This document shows positions 26,453 to 40,375 of a DNA stretch of 64,000 nt, piece by piece (the first letter of the stretch is position 1; each line of letters opens with the position of its first letter). The translations under genes were made by a program, and so were the position numbers. The notes beneath the pieces are model-generated. The model made no database searches, was not told where the DNA came from, and saw only the letters and a program-made list of their open reading frames with translations. The stretch is taken from contig NMRA01000037.1 in NCBI GenBank assembly GCA_002633005.1, positions 919,972 to 983,971 of the forward strand. Direction: 5' to 3'. This stretch comes from Phoronis australis. Taxonomy: Eukaryota > Animalia > Phoronida.

Positions 26453-29400
26453 GTTTTCATCAATAAGCTGTAAAGTCGTATCGAACATTGACATGTCGGA
26501 ATAAAAACAAAAGCATGTAGTTGCGTCACTAACTAGCTTCACTTGAGAATGAAACAAGTATGTTTCGAAAAATCATGTGTCTTTTAATTATGTCACTAGG
26601 TCATTTAGTGTATCTATGTTCAGTTAAGAGTAGAGTTTTGTTCCGAAAGTACGAACGTAACGAAATAAAGACTGTGAACAATGAAAAGTGTCGTGCATTT
26701 AACAAATTCTGTATAACCGAAAACTTGCTACCGAAGTACAGTAACTAACTGATAACAAACATTACAATGCTAGGACTCTGATAAACTAACCAACATACCT
26801 TTGTACAGCTCAATATTCAAACTGATTATACTCTCAAGACCAACAACATCACAATAACCCTGACACATTATGACACCCACCTGTGATGATTCACAAGGCC
26901 CCGCCCATCAATAACAACAGGAAGATCAGCAAAATGTCACGATTAAGATTATTTCATCGTGATGTTGCCAGAAAAGTCACATCACAGCAACAGGAGATTC
27001 ACTATAATATGACAGATGAATGGCAGAAACTAAAAGGTCACCTGTCACTTGGAAACAATAAACTGACTGAAAATGAAAATTATATACATACACAAACAGC
27101 TAAGAGGGTTAGGTACAAGACCACGATGGTGAGGTACACTTGGGGACAGGTACCTCGTCTCCTCGACAATTTGTGTACTTTCCAACAGACCTATGATTAT
27201 AAGGATATGTGGGTACAAGACCACATTCTGCCTGTACCATGTAACTATCACCTGTAAACACAAGGAAATAACTGTAATGGCCAACAAAATTTTATTAACA
27301 AGGCAATTATTTTCATACGAAACAAGTAGAGAGTAATTACCATACCTCCTTATTTTCTAAAATTACCTTCAACAACAAATTTCTAAAATTTAATTAACTT
27401 AAATTGCAAAACTACTCGTTTCATTAACAAGTGGTTACAGAGCAGCCAATTAACCACAGGTATTCTTATAGTATGCATCACCACGGATAAGAATAAACAG
27501 TACGAAAATAACCAACTAATTAAATTACCATGACAACAGCAAAACAGTCATAAAAAGAGAGGTCACACACAGATAACAGAATTTTATTTAATCAGAGGGT
27601 CAGTCTGTGATACTTCATACAAGTCATTCGCCAGTAAGGAAAAATTGAAACATTATATTCTTATATTCCAAAATGAACTAGAAGAGGTCAATTGTTACAT
27701 ACGTCATCTAATTTTGAAAATTTTGTTTTTCCTACAATTTCGAGGTGCGTTTTCATCTTTCATGCACCTGTGTGAGCCAACATGATACATGATAAAAGGC
27801 ATATTACTTTTCTTAAGCAATCCAATCATCCAATTAGATTTTATAAAACTTTTCACATGTATGTGTAGGGTTGACTTAGAAATTAAATTTCAATCTTACA
27901 ATCATATGCTTTACTTTAAGCATTTGAGACGTCAAGCGTTTGAAATTTGAAGTGAAACCGAGAAATTAAAAGCTCACCACAGGTTTATGGCCAACTTGAA
28001 ACAGTCACAAGCATTTTTTGAGCTTCTTGTTTCAAATCCTAGGTGGAAAGTTGGTAAAATGGGTCATTTTTTGTATTGAGCTTGTCCTACTAACCTCGAA
28101 GTAAACAAAACCTAATTAACACAAGAATTGTCACTGCATTGTGAGTTTAAGTACAATAGCTCCCTACAAACAAAACAAACATTGTGTTTGCTGACTTCAT
28201 TGATTACCCATAACCACATTTGCAGATTAAACAGCTTAACAACACCTGACCCAACTATCAACATCAACAGCAAAGGTGCCTAAAAATGATTTATCACACA
28301 GGGCAGTTTCAACTACAACTGGTATCCTGAGGCTTTATTTCCAAGCCTTCCTTTGGACATTTTAAGTCTCAAACAATAGCCCATCTCTAGTGCGGAACAG
28401 CCTTTCGTTGTAAAATTGTATTTCATAATGTAGTCAGAAATATGTGACACAGATGGAATTTATAATATTTTGCAACAGTATTGCCCACAACAGAAAATTT
28501 AACCTTGGCTGGAATTACAAAATTCACCTACATATTTGAAAGTCCTTGTCCGCACTGTCTTAGAACTAATGCAGCTGAACAGGCACCAGAAGTCCAAATG
28601 TTCTAATTTTCTTAAGAAATGACTAATCCCTCAATACTTCAAACTCACTGCATAGATTTTAAAGTCAACACAAGTAAGCCAAACTTGTCAGGGCAAAATT
28701 CAAACTCAACACAGTGATGAGTCAAAACAGGTTGTGGAGAACCCTGTGCAAGTCAATGTATTTTGCACAACTACATATTTCGCAAAATAAGTTTCCACGA
28801 ATCAAAAAATTTATTCAGAGCTCAGCAAACTCAAACCTCCAAAGCAAATACAAACTCCGTCATCAAGTACTTACTTTGTTGACACATGCAGAATTTACTC
28901 AGAACAATCCTGGATTGTCGAATGTACATTGTCAAAATCTTCCTTTAGTGGAAACCCCATTGCGTTATCAACCTGTCTGGTTTTTTTAATCAGTTCTTAC
29001 ATTTCAAATCAACCACAATTTGGAAGTAAACTCATCAATAGCTAATTTTAACAAGTTACAACATAGGCCAACGACAGGTCGGCCAAATAAGCTTACAGTT
29101 TGTGTTCACCCAAAAAGGCATTCCAGTGGACTCATTTGTGGATGTTTGTGACGTCAAGAAATCAATCACTATTCGCGATTCACCCAAAAACTTTCTAACA
29201 ATGAACACAGGGACACATCCTTGTTGATCAAATAGCGAGAATTCATGTATTCACCCAACGATCTCATCAGTTTATAGCTCACAAGCGGCCAAATACTCAG
29301 GTTCATACTATTTACCCAATGAACATGTTAACTCTCACAACCCAATATTATCGTGAGGCTGAGTCTGAAGGTATGAAGACATTTTTGTGCCCGTAAGCAT

Positions 29401-31928
29401 GGAGTTGGCCCACAGAAATTCCTTGTGGGTGGGGGTTGGCCAGAAGTCCTGTCCAAGACGTGTTGAAAAGTTTAAAGTTTGACTGGTATTTTACACATAT
29501 TGTTTGGATGGGTATTGGGTTTCCCATGTCATTTTGATTTCTAATATCTTCTCAGACAGCAGAACATGAGTGAAGACGAGGGGTAAAGAGCACGGATCAG
29601 AGTACCCATGAATATCAGGATTTCTTGACCTTATTTTGAACCAACATAAAAATGCACGTTTCTAATTAACTTCAAAACACCTATTGTTGAATGTAATGGT
29701 GAACTGGTTTACTACATTAAGTTTTTCAGGTGAATATCAAAAATCAACTAATTTTGGCCGATTTTTGGGACGAATAGTCCCATCTAAAGTACGATAATAT
29801 ACCCAGGACCAACATGTGCCCAGAATACTGAACACATTGCTTAGGTTAGAAGAGGTTGGCAGCTAAACATGAAATTCCAGACATTCTTTTATCAAAGGAT
29901 GCAGACATAAAGTTGTGGTTTCAACTGTTAGTGTTTCATTTAGTCATTACTAGTATACAGGGGAGAGTCCTACTGTACAGTGAAATCTTTCTAATGGGCC
30001 ACTCTGATTTGGTGGTGCAACAGTAAACTTATCCAGTTCGGGACAAACAGTGATTTGAGAAAATGAGGGCATTCGCAATTGTAAACCCTATGAAAAATCA
30101 AAGATTGACTTCGGCATTTATTTCTGACTGAAATTTGTGAGATTTCGCAATACTTCGAATAGCCTATGTCACAACCCTCAATCAAACCAATAGTGGGTGT
30201 AAGATAGAAGAAGTGTTCAAACAATACTAACCATCCCTAAAAAACACATGAATCATTCCTGTCATTTTGCTGCATTGGGAACTATTCCAAAAAATACATA
30301 CGCTTCTAGGCAACAACATTTCACACCATCTGATAAGAAATTGATCGAAGCTGTGTGAATCTCGAGGGACTAATTAAAACACAATTGCTCTATCAAGCGA
30401 CAACTGAACCTCAAAGATAGCCATCTCTAAAAAGAGATACAAACGTTCGTGTATCATCAGCAAATGGGAGTAAAATGTTGTGTAAGTGCTCTTTTTATTC
30501 CCATGGTTTACGAGCGTTTTACGACTGTTCGTAACATGCTCAAGTACTACCTCAGGCACAAAAAATACAAGCAAATGAGAACATGAAGATAATAATTTAC
30601 AAGCGTAACTTGCATTGCCAACACCACATGCACGAAGAAAGTACTCGAAGAACATGACCAGATATAGAGGCAGAGAGGGGGTCCTGTGAGAAAGGGGGTC
30701 AGCCATCATTGCATCAGTGCCGGCAACTAGATGCTGGTTCTCAAGGTATTGAAAATGTGCTGTGAAGTTTCTATCTCAAGTGATATTTCATGAAACATTT
30801 TTGAAGTGATTTTGTAGGCCAATTAAGCAAAACTACATGCTATCTTCACTTATCGTAGAATGAAAAAGCCTACAGTAGAAAATACAATACCGTAATACGG
30901 AAATAGTGGTCACTTGTCTTTTTCAAAAAGCAATCCAACGGAAAGAACGAGGGTACAGCAAAGTCTTGGTAATGCAGCTCATAGACAGTGCCCTTCCGTG
31001 CCTGCCTCTAAGTTCTACTGAACCGTATCTAGGTAGTCTTCAGGGATTCATTAGTTGCCTTGACAACATTACAGCAGCTCAGGTAAATGCAATTCTGCTT
31101 TGCAATATTTAAATGTTCTTCCTTTGACCTGTGACTCATAGGCACCCAGTTTCTTATTCTCAATATAGAACTCCAGTATGTTAATTTCTGTGTGAATTAG
31201 ACCTCAACAGCATGAGGGAATCATTTACACTCCGATCACAAGCACAAAGCAAAGTTTATGCACCTGATGAGCCACTCAAAAACCAATTTTCCAACGTATA
31301 ATTGCACATTGTAGATAATATATCATCTTTGGCCTGCTTTAGGTGATCTATTTAAAATCACAAGAATTGTTCTCACGACAACTGAAGGAAGTCAAGTGCT
31401 TAATGCAGTTGTAAAGTAATGGTGTTCACTCACTGGTCCCTGACTTTTTCTCATATCCCTGATTTCTCATTTTTCGTCATCAAATAATAAGTCTAGCGGG
31501 TGCAGGTATGTATCCAAATAGCTTAGCTGGATCTATTGACAGGAATCACTAGGTAAAGTGATGCTCGTTCAAGCCGTTGAATTACGGTGAAAGTTATGGT
31601 AAAAATTATCCAATTTGGGGCCAAAATAATTGGTCAAATTCCCATATTTTTATGTTTCAGGGGCTCACCACATTGGTGTAAATGTTCTAAATTTTACCAA
31701 ATGCTATTTGGTAATAGCTACGTCATACAAACCATGTTTAACGCACAAATTCCTGGAATATTTTAAAAGAAATTTAATAAAATGAAGTTCAACCTGTCTG
31801 CCATATTGTGCCCCAAACTGAAGAATTTTTACTGCATAACTCTGTAGAACAATTATTCCGAAGCTTTTTTGTAAATGTCTCTCACCGGGTGTCACAATAT
31901 GGGACACTCACTTCTTCCGTAAACGGAT

Positions 31929-32095
31929 ATTTCCGATAAAGTGGCCATCACCACAGGGAGCCCATTGGTTCTTCTTCAGAAGAGAAAAAAAGAAAAGGTG
32001 ATTTGAAGAAATTGTTTCCGAAACAACAGGGAGCTTTTTTGGGAACAAAAATGACTTAAAGAAATCTCTATTGGCCAAGGCACTTTATCGGAAAT
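31929..32095. mobile_element. MITE remnant with ATTTCCGATAAAGTG inverted repeats
   Basis: 31929-31943 is the exact reverse complement of 32081-32095. Confidence 0.55.
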
Positions 32096-33206
32096 CCCCA
32101 GTTGTAACAAAGCGGCATAAAAGGACAGCGTGTAATAACCTCAACAAATCAAAACTATCAGGAATTCCGTGCACTGGTTTCCACGTAGCGTTCGTGAAAA
32201 TTACACGAAACCAACTTGGATTCTTTGTTGCATGTTACATGCTACCATAACGTAATCTTGATAACTGGACGATGGCTAAATGATGGTAAGAAGCAGCATT
32301 GTTCTTTAAACTAGTTATTACAAGTAATACACGAAACATTCGTGATTGATTATACATCAGTGGCTAATGTCAAGGTCAAGACTTGTCTGCAGTAATCCCT
32401 GGACACTAGTTTTATCAAACGCGTCAGGGCTCACACCAGGCAGCCAGGTCTCGTGCACTCCTCAATTTTGCATTAAATCTTATCGTTGGTTAAGCATTGA
32501 ACATTGAAAGCTCATTAGAGCACTTAGGTGTTTACCAAATGTAATTTACACCACAGACCCAACATACAGCAACCAGATACCTACGGCAAAATCTCACCAA
32601 TTTCGTACAAAAATTATTACCAAAATGGCCATTTTATCATTTTTCAATGTCTTCTTAGATTGTTGTGAGTGCCCAGAAGTTTTCGAAATTTTGTATGATG
32701 GTAGATACCATATGAAAAATGAACAATTACATAGTGAAGCATTAATGTTGTGCAGTATGTGTCATACGAAAAGATAAGAAAATGAAAATATCAGATATAA
32801 GCCATAGTGCACATTGGTGAGATTTTATCGCAGTTATTTTCAAAATGTGCGTCACAATTTCGGACAAAAATAATTGACAAAATCTCTGAATTTTTTCTTT
32901 TCTTTAGAGCCAACACTGTCGTGAATGCCAACATTTTTTTCAAAATATTCTCTGATGGTATCTTTTAAAGGAACTTGAGCATGGAAAACATTAATTAAGT
33001 GAAAAAAGAGAAAATTGAATTTCAAGTCACGTCCTGCACTGGTGAGAGTTTACAGAATGGTGTTTTGGCAAGTCTTCAATTATTTCACACGAGCATAACT
33101 GTCAAAATTGTCATTTTCGAATGGCAGATCATCCCTCTGCAAATAATGAAAATATTTGCAAAATAATAGCTTTATGCTGTCCAAATCGAGGTTAGAATTA
33201 CAATAT

Positions 33207-33322
33207 CGGCAACGTGTTGTTTGTCGGGTAAAATGGCAGCTTGGAAACGAAGGTGTGTCAAGAATGATGCGTTCTTATTGGTCAGTTAAGCAATCACTCA
33301 AAATCCTGGTGATAGGTCAATT
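33207..33322 (-). mobile_element. AATTGACCTATCGC MITE, copy 3 (inverted, partial)
   Basis: Reverse-complement match to the interior and terminus of 20885-21059. Confidence 0.65.
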
Positions 33323-33357
33323 GATGTGAGTGAACATTCTTTTAGTTGGTGAGCCCA

Positions 33358-33482
33358 CAGTAACGCTAGTACCTACGCTAGGACCTCGCTAAAATCACAA
33401 GTTCTCATTTAAAATGTACATTGGAATATCTCACATAATCTCGCTAAGTCTTGTTCTTTATCGAGGTCCTAGGGTTACTGAA
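33358..33482. mobile_element. ~130-bp MITE, CAGTAACGCTAGGACCTCGCTAAAA family, copy 1
   Basis: ~25-30-bp terminal inverted repeats; homologous to 39933-40078 and 54432-54562. Confidence 0.75.
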
Positions 33483-35460
33483 CTCTACAAAGGTCTCAAT
33501 ATGAGTCAGAATAGAGACCAGAACCAACTATGCCTTTTTTGGCCTGATGACTATTATGCGGGGGACACTGCAATTAGTGAATGGCTTAGAAACCTTTCAA
33601 ACTTCCTGTTTACTCCTACTCATTCTCGGTAATGAAGGAAAGCTACTCTGACCGTTAATTTGGCTTTCGTCGGGACGTAATGACGGGAAATTCCCGGTTA
33701 CTTGGTCGGAATACTTTTGGCTTTGTACTGCATGTGTATCTCAATCGCTAGGAATTAAACAAATCAAATTTCATTGAAATTTTCACCTTCAACATGTCTC
33801 CACAAAAATGAAAACTTCAGTGTGACAGATTTTTAATCTCATTTTACCACAAAATCACTCAAGTGGTTGTAATTCTTTTAAAAGCCATGGAAATGCATTT
33901 TTCTAACAGAAAATAGTAAACATATGCGCCTCTCTTCGAGCATTGAAATATTCCATCATGTGTCACCCACTAGAAACGAATAATGAATAAAAGCTAGAGA
34001 TATCTGAAAGGACGATATAGGCTTATGCTTAGGCTATGAAAACATGTGTCTAACTTCTGGCTAACAATAAATAATCCTGGAGCAAGTCAGGAACATAAAA
34101 TCAATACATCACAAATTAGCAAAGGCAAATCTAAACAATGTCTTCATCAAGTTATTCTGGTTTTAAAAGGGTTGGTAAGGTGTAACAAGCCCTGTCCCTT
34201 AAAGGACCACCAAAATATTCCACGCCACAACACACAGTAATTTTACCTGTACGACAATGAGAAGATTAAAGCTAAAATCTACCAACACTCAAGAGCACAA
34301 CAGTCTTCCACACCACGCAGATGATTCTACCAGTTCCTCACTAGGATAGTCTTATCTTATTGTGAATTTGCAGGAAACAGTTCACTCCCACAACTGACCT
34401 CTGACCTGGCGGTGTGGGGAGAAATAAAAAATAGTGGCAAGTGAGTAAGAAATCGATAAGCTCTTGGGGAGGGGTTTTGCACAGGTGTTACATTGGTCTG
34501 GATTTTGATTTTGGAGTAGCCTCCATCCACCATGTGTCCCCCGCATTATTTGAATTGATCTGTGTAGTCTTTACAGTTGAATGTACTGATTTGCATATGT
34601 GGAAAGAGGTTAAATGATGCGCATAAATGAATTTACCAAAACAGGATTGTCAGGTTGTGAATTTTTAAGTGAAGTTATTAGAAAAGCACAAGGCAAGTGG
34701 GCCACTGCATCTCCAGTCCCTTGTCTCCAACAAAAGCTGATGGTCATCAAGGTAAACCTGCTTGTGGTTAGTGCTATTAAATTCCCAACCACTCAGAATC
34801 AAGTACTAGTAAATGGAGAAGTAGCACCCTCTTATGATAACAGTAGCTGTAAAACATTGCCACAGGCAGAACTTCCATTCTTCGGAAGGAATACATGATA
34901 ACATATCAATAGGACCCGTCCCCCGATCACACAGCAGTAGAACTCTCCTTTGTACCAGAGTTAAGAACGTCCACATCCACGGGTATTTGTCCAGTTTATC
35001 AAACTTTCTCGGAGTTGCAGGCCACAGCACAGCAATAATAATTTAGTTGCATTGGAAGGAAGAATAGAGTAATGGAACTTGTGAAGAATCAGACAACAAC
35101 GAATAACATGCCAATTCCAATGGCATGAAAACGAGATAGCAAATGCCTGACGGACGTTTACGGCATAGTGGGTAAATACAGCGAGATTCGAGTGTCGATG
35201 TGTAACCCGGGATGGCCCTATCCAGCAGAATTTCACCAACCTGTACCAGGACAACAATTTCTTAAAAAATCCATGCAGGATCATAGTCTAACTGACACAG
35301 CTGGTGTCTCACGAAAACACAATGTTTCATGTCTTGGTACTGTGGTGCTTTTGGTTTTATAAAATTATGTTTGAATTTACCCTGTAATTCGAAAATATAC
35401 CTTATCTCATGTGGATACTTTACAATTGCACAAAGATTTTTCAGTCAATAGTCAGATGCA

Positions 35461-35557
35461 TGGGTCTTTGATTTGAGAAGCAGTTACTCCCACTGAATAA
35501 TGCCCGTTATTCAGTGTTTGTAACTGGATCTCAAATCAATTTCAAACCAGGAACCCA
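35461..35557. mobile_element. Hairpin mini-MITE, GAGAACCAGTT family, copy 2
   Basis: TTGATTTGAGA.CAGTTAC..CACTGAATAA / TTATTCAGTG..GTAACTG.TCTCAAATCAA palindrome; near-identical to 56213-56291. Confidence 0.7.
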
Positions 35558-36469
35558 CCTAGATCTGAATATTAACATTTTCGAGATACTAGTTATACAT
35601 TTTTCTGAAATGCTTCCCTTAGTTTAGGCTACTGTTGGATACCAAGCTTTCCGAATTTTAATTGTTTCACCAGAATTTTCCATAATGTTTGCCTAAATCA
35701 GGTAAGAGCTGAGGGTGGCAATTGCCTCCCTGCCCTCCCACACCTGCACCCATTGACCCATGGCCATGCATAAGCTAGGCCTGAATAAATGACCAGTTTC
35801 TTCAAAAACGTTGGATACAAATGTGTCAAACAATTCACACAGTAATTGGAAATTCCTCCTTATCTCTCCGTGAATACTTTGCAATTGCACACATGTAGTT
35901 CTCTGTTTGTTTTATTTTAGTCTGTAATTTTTCCCTTTTTCCAGGGATACTATGCTGCTAAAATTTTCCACGTTTGTCTGAATCGGAGGAAAGGGGGGAG
36001 GGCGGAGAATGTCAACTTGCCTTCTCGATGCCCTCACCCACATATAGGCCTACCTCACCTGTATGCTGTAATAGTATTTAACCCAAGCTAACAAATTTTA
36101 AATTTTTTCAACGTTGGTTGACAAATCAGTAAAACAGTAGCCAGCAGGCAATATGGTACAGCGGCAGGCCTACTGTAAAACAGACAACTCCCACACACTA
36201 CGTGGTTGGACAACTGATACGACAGTAGTAAGCAGATATGGCACTATCACTGACGCTGTCGGTCTAAATACTCTTCCAGCGTTCCACACAATCTTGGCCT
36301 TGGTGCAAAGCTGTATAGCCTACAATGTTTTGACGTTAGTTTTACAGCTGGTTGTTTAACACAATCCCGGCTGCGAGAAATATGTTGCATCGTGAATAGT
36401 TTGTTGTTTGCCATACATGAAACGAGGATAAAAAGCACGGGTGATCAAAAACAATTGAAAACAGATAGG

Positions 36470-36700
36470 CCTACCTACCTCGTTAGCGCCGACCAGTTAC
36501 TATCACCACGCTTACTTACACTGCCAGCAGTAACGGATCGGTACGGGCGTGGCGCGTTACAAGCACACGGGAGCTAACTCGCGAATGCATAGGGGCGTCA
36601 GATGGCGCTCTAAACTGTTTACAAAAGGTGTGTACTCATGGGCGGGAGGAGNNNNNNNNNNNNNNNNNNNNNGGGTGGGGAGGGGGGGGTTAGCAAATTT
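36470..36700 (-). promoter_or_regulatory. CpG/GC-rich candidate promoter and non-coding first exon of tetraspanin A
   Basis: The ATG exon of tetraspanin A is preceded by a splice acceptor (TTTTTCAG, exon start 16774), so an upstream exon is expected. This locus has CpG-rich DNA, a GGGCGG box, G-runs and minus-strand GTAGGT/GTAAG donors. It includes a 21-N gap (36652-36672). Confidence 0.4.
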
Positions 36701-39700
36701 TATATAACTGGCGGGCCTAAGTCAAATTTCCGCGAAACACCTATTTCGGATCAGTACAGATTATCAAGTCGGTGCGCACTTTTCTGGAGGTCGGGTGATA
36801 GAGATTCTCAGTTTGCACCGAACCTATAAATTCGCTGAAATATCATTTTCATAATAGTCTGTGAATAGTCGAATTTCGAAGATACCTAAAGCCTCACAAA
36901 CCAATGAATTTTTGATGGTTCAGAAGAAAATAATTTTGGCGCGTCAGGCCGTCAAATGACAACGCAGTATCAAAATTTAAAATTAAGACATTTCAAATCC
37001 GTAATTTTAGGCACGTCAGTGGCAAATATTTGCCAGGTAATCAGAAAACAAGGGTCTATCCATCAAAAAATATTTCCAACGGTATTTATTTTGTATTTCA
37101 GTGTATTCAACCTGAATCTTGATTTTATTCCACTATTTTATCCGTTTACGGGTCGTCAGCAGTGCTTTAGTGGGGCGCAGGCGCAGCCAACCACCTTTTG
37201 GCATTTGAACGTGGCGCCTACGCACCGTAAGTTACTTACAGTGCTCAAGGTGATACGGTGGGCTTTGGGCGCCTACTTTCCTCTAATTTTACCATTACAG
37301 CACTGGTCGTCAGCTAAACTTGCACTCCAAGAAATCTTCGTTTACGATTGCAAAAACATGCGTTTTCCGACACCATCCGAATCCGTCACACATGAACACT
37401 GAACGCGGTCAACAGAAAATCATATCCCAACAGCAGTCTCATCGACGTGTGCGGGCTCCCTCGTCATCAGCAATGTTCTTTCCAAACGATCTTCAAACGA
37501 AATACTATTCTTGGATTTTTTATCTTAATAACACCATCGAGAATACAGCCATTGTAATTTGCATCTTTATCCTTAAAAAAACCATCGAGAATATAGTCAA
37601 TATAATTGTGTCTTGATACTGCAGTGGTCGTATGAACATGCACTTTGTTTTTCTTGGAAACTGTGTCTAAATGTTCCTCTCGAGACCAAGACCAGGGGGT
37701 AAGGAGCAACCGCTACGGGACCGTCCCCGCACCACGAAAGGACCAAATCGAAAAGAGGGGCCTCTTAATATTGGGAGGGCTCGAATTTTTTTTTTACTAA
37801 TTCAATGGGTACGGTCAGAGCTATGGATTGTGCATTCGCAGAACTTTGTTAGCTCCTGCCTTTTTAATGGACTTTTGCCTCGTTTTCTATTTTTTTCGGA
37901 GTTTTTGTTTTTCTGAGGCGGACCTTTTTGCCCACTTCGCCAAATGGGAGACTCGTTCGAGCCCCCCTGGGTGCGTGCATGCCGACTATAACATTATGAG
38001 AATGGAAAGGTTGCACGATTTCAAAAATGCAGACGAAAACAGCGAGCGACAGATGACTCCATTATCCCATGGTGGAGATGGATTCTTGACAGAAGAAGCA
38101 CTTTACATTCCTTATAAACTATTTTCTGAATTTGCATATACAGCCCATATTTTCCGCCAAAAATATGTTTTCATTTAAGCCACTTATCGTTATAAAATCG
38201 GTCTCATCTTGTTCCGTAATGAGATTAGAATGGATTTTTGGGCATGGCCGGTCATTTTATGAGCTTATTTGAATCAATAACGAATTATTAGCTCTTCCTG
38301 AGCTGAGGGATCACAGTCTAAACTGAGTAAGGAACAAGGCGAGGCCAGTTTTACAACGCTAAGTGACAAAACCTTTTTTCACGAAAGCACGGCCAAAGAG
38401 TTTACCCCAAAATGTAAAATATAGCCTTGAATTATTATACATAATGTAAATTCTGTAAATTGTGACGATAAAAAACACATTTAAATGCGCTATTAGGTAA
38501 TCCATTATTTATTGTATATACTTAATTACGATGCTATGAGCAGTTATTTATTGAGAATCTTTTTCTTGTAATGTGCCGGTGGCTTTAAAAAAACAAACTT
38601 AATCGTCACTTCCGCCTCATTTCCATAAGAAAGAGGTCGAGGTTGATACAACTACCACTGAAATAATTGTAAGTTGATATGATGGACAAATGTTTACAAC
38701 GTCAAGGGACGTGGTCCCCAACAGCACAACGTAACGAATAAAAATGGAACAATCTGTTCCGTTATAAACATGATGTTCAGTCCCAAGACGGATTGAACCC
38801 ACCACTGAAATACAAGGAATAGACGATTTAAAAGTGAAATCACAAAAATACGAATTTTGTTGTTTCGTGGGCATGGCTAAAGCTAGTATTTGAACAATAT
38901 ATCCCAAATATTACAAGTTATATGAGCTGTGACTCTTAAAAGCCCATCCGAACCGTTAGAGTGAAAACTCAACTGACGACAGACCGCCACTCGTCAATGT
39001 GAGAGGGCCAATCGGTGAACGATGTAATTAGTTACGACGTAAATTAATTAATATCAAATTACGTGCCTTATTTACGCACGATAAATAATTGATTAACGTG
39101 CGTAATTAAGGACGTAATTGATAAACCTACGTCAGTATCAATCCTCGATTCCTGGGCTTGTAAAAAGTCGACTGTGTTTTCGCCGAGGTGCAACAAGCTG
39201 GCAAGGTCTCTACTTATTACGAACCGTAAGTTCCTTGTTAGCTCAAAAACTACTTCTCATATGAATAATGAAGAAGTTGATTCCATTAAGTGGAATAAAT
39301 CAAAAGTTCGTTTCTTTGATGTTTCTGCATGAACAAATGAATTTACTAGTTATAGTAACACGTGGTCAACAGATGTAAACAAGCAGTTATACAACATCTG
39401 AAAAAATAAGAAACAGCCCAATGTTATCCACAAATAAAAATCGTCTGCGCTGTGCACTGTCCGGAAATAGATGGGCCTCTGAACAGATTTACTATTAAAA
39501 ATATTTCATCCACATCGGCAATTTTAAAGGACAGTTCGTATCAGATTTGCATTCACCTGTAGACTTGCAAACAGACATCGTTATTCATGATTTTCCCAAT
39601 TAATTTGTCAGCCAAATGATTTCATTTATTCGTCAGGATCCTAACCAAACACATTCTACAAATTTTACACAACGAAATAACGAAATGTTTCGCGGTAGTG

Positions 39701-39932
39701 AGGTTGAAATATCATTTAATGTTATTCTCAGAATTAGGAAATGACATTGGGACAACAGTGGCTACTGAAATATTACCAGTTAATATGTTTAAAACACGAT
39801 CAATATGCTAATCTTTACGGTTCACAAATGCTGGCATAAACTTCAAATTTAAAAGTTTCTTTTGTTGAATTTTGACGGTTTGAAGAAAGGCATTAGTTCA
39901 GATAAATAGCCTGCCACCGTATTGCTGCCTCC

Positions 39933-40078
39933 CGTTCAGTAACGCTAGGACCTCGCTAAAACGCAAGATTTCGCGAGATAACGTGAGACATTGCCGCTTA
40001 TTTTGAAGTGGAGCACGTGACTTTGACTAGATTTTAGCTAGGTCCTAGCGTAGGTCCTAGCCTTACTAAACGCACGCC
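39933..40078. mobile_element. CAGTAACGCTAGG MITE, copy 2 (opposite orientation)
   Basis: Reverse-complement homologue of 54432-54562. Confidence 0.75.
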
Positions 40079-40283
40079 AGGGAGGTCTCACAATTTGGAG
40101 AAGCTGCTAGGCGTATGACGTAATCACTTTCTGTCTCTCATCAGCAACAAGAAGCCTTAAAATTCTTTGTTTTCTGAAGGGCCCCTCAGTTCCAATCTTC
40201 ACAACAGTGAACTAAATCACCCTAGGGCTTAATATGAACAATGCAAAGTAACTCACTTCAAAATGTTCAGTAAATCGCATTAG

Positions 40284-40289
40284 TTTATT
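40284..40289 (-). terminator. Candidate distal polyadenylation signal of tetraspanin B (would give a ~5-kb 3' UTR)
   Basis: TTTATT on the + strand at the edge of A-rich, UTR-like sequence; other TTTATT sites exist nearer the stop. Confidence 0.3.
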
Positions 40290-40334
40290 ATGAGTAATCT
40301 AGATTAAAATACACAAAAAGTATAACAATTTCAA

Positions 40335-40375
40335 CAATACAATACAATACAATACAATACAATATAATACAATAT
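40335..40375. repeat. (CAATA)n microsatellite
   Basis: Direct read. Confidence 0.9.

Noticed and set aside
34240-35362. Cluster of overlapping short ORFs with coding-like composition, possibly a decayed retroelement
   Set aside because: No RT, endonuclease or integrase motif recognised in the frames examined; a translated search against repeat proteins would be needed
36956-38178. Longest ORFs in the track (148 aa and 116 aa)
   Set aside because: No domain similarity or exon structure; they lie in CpG-rich repeat-derived sequence
40110-40150. Minus-strand CTGATGA..GAAA hammerhead-like word
   Set aside because: No pairable stem II and no correctly placed NUH site
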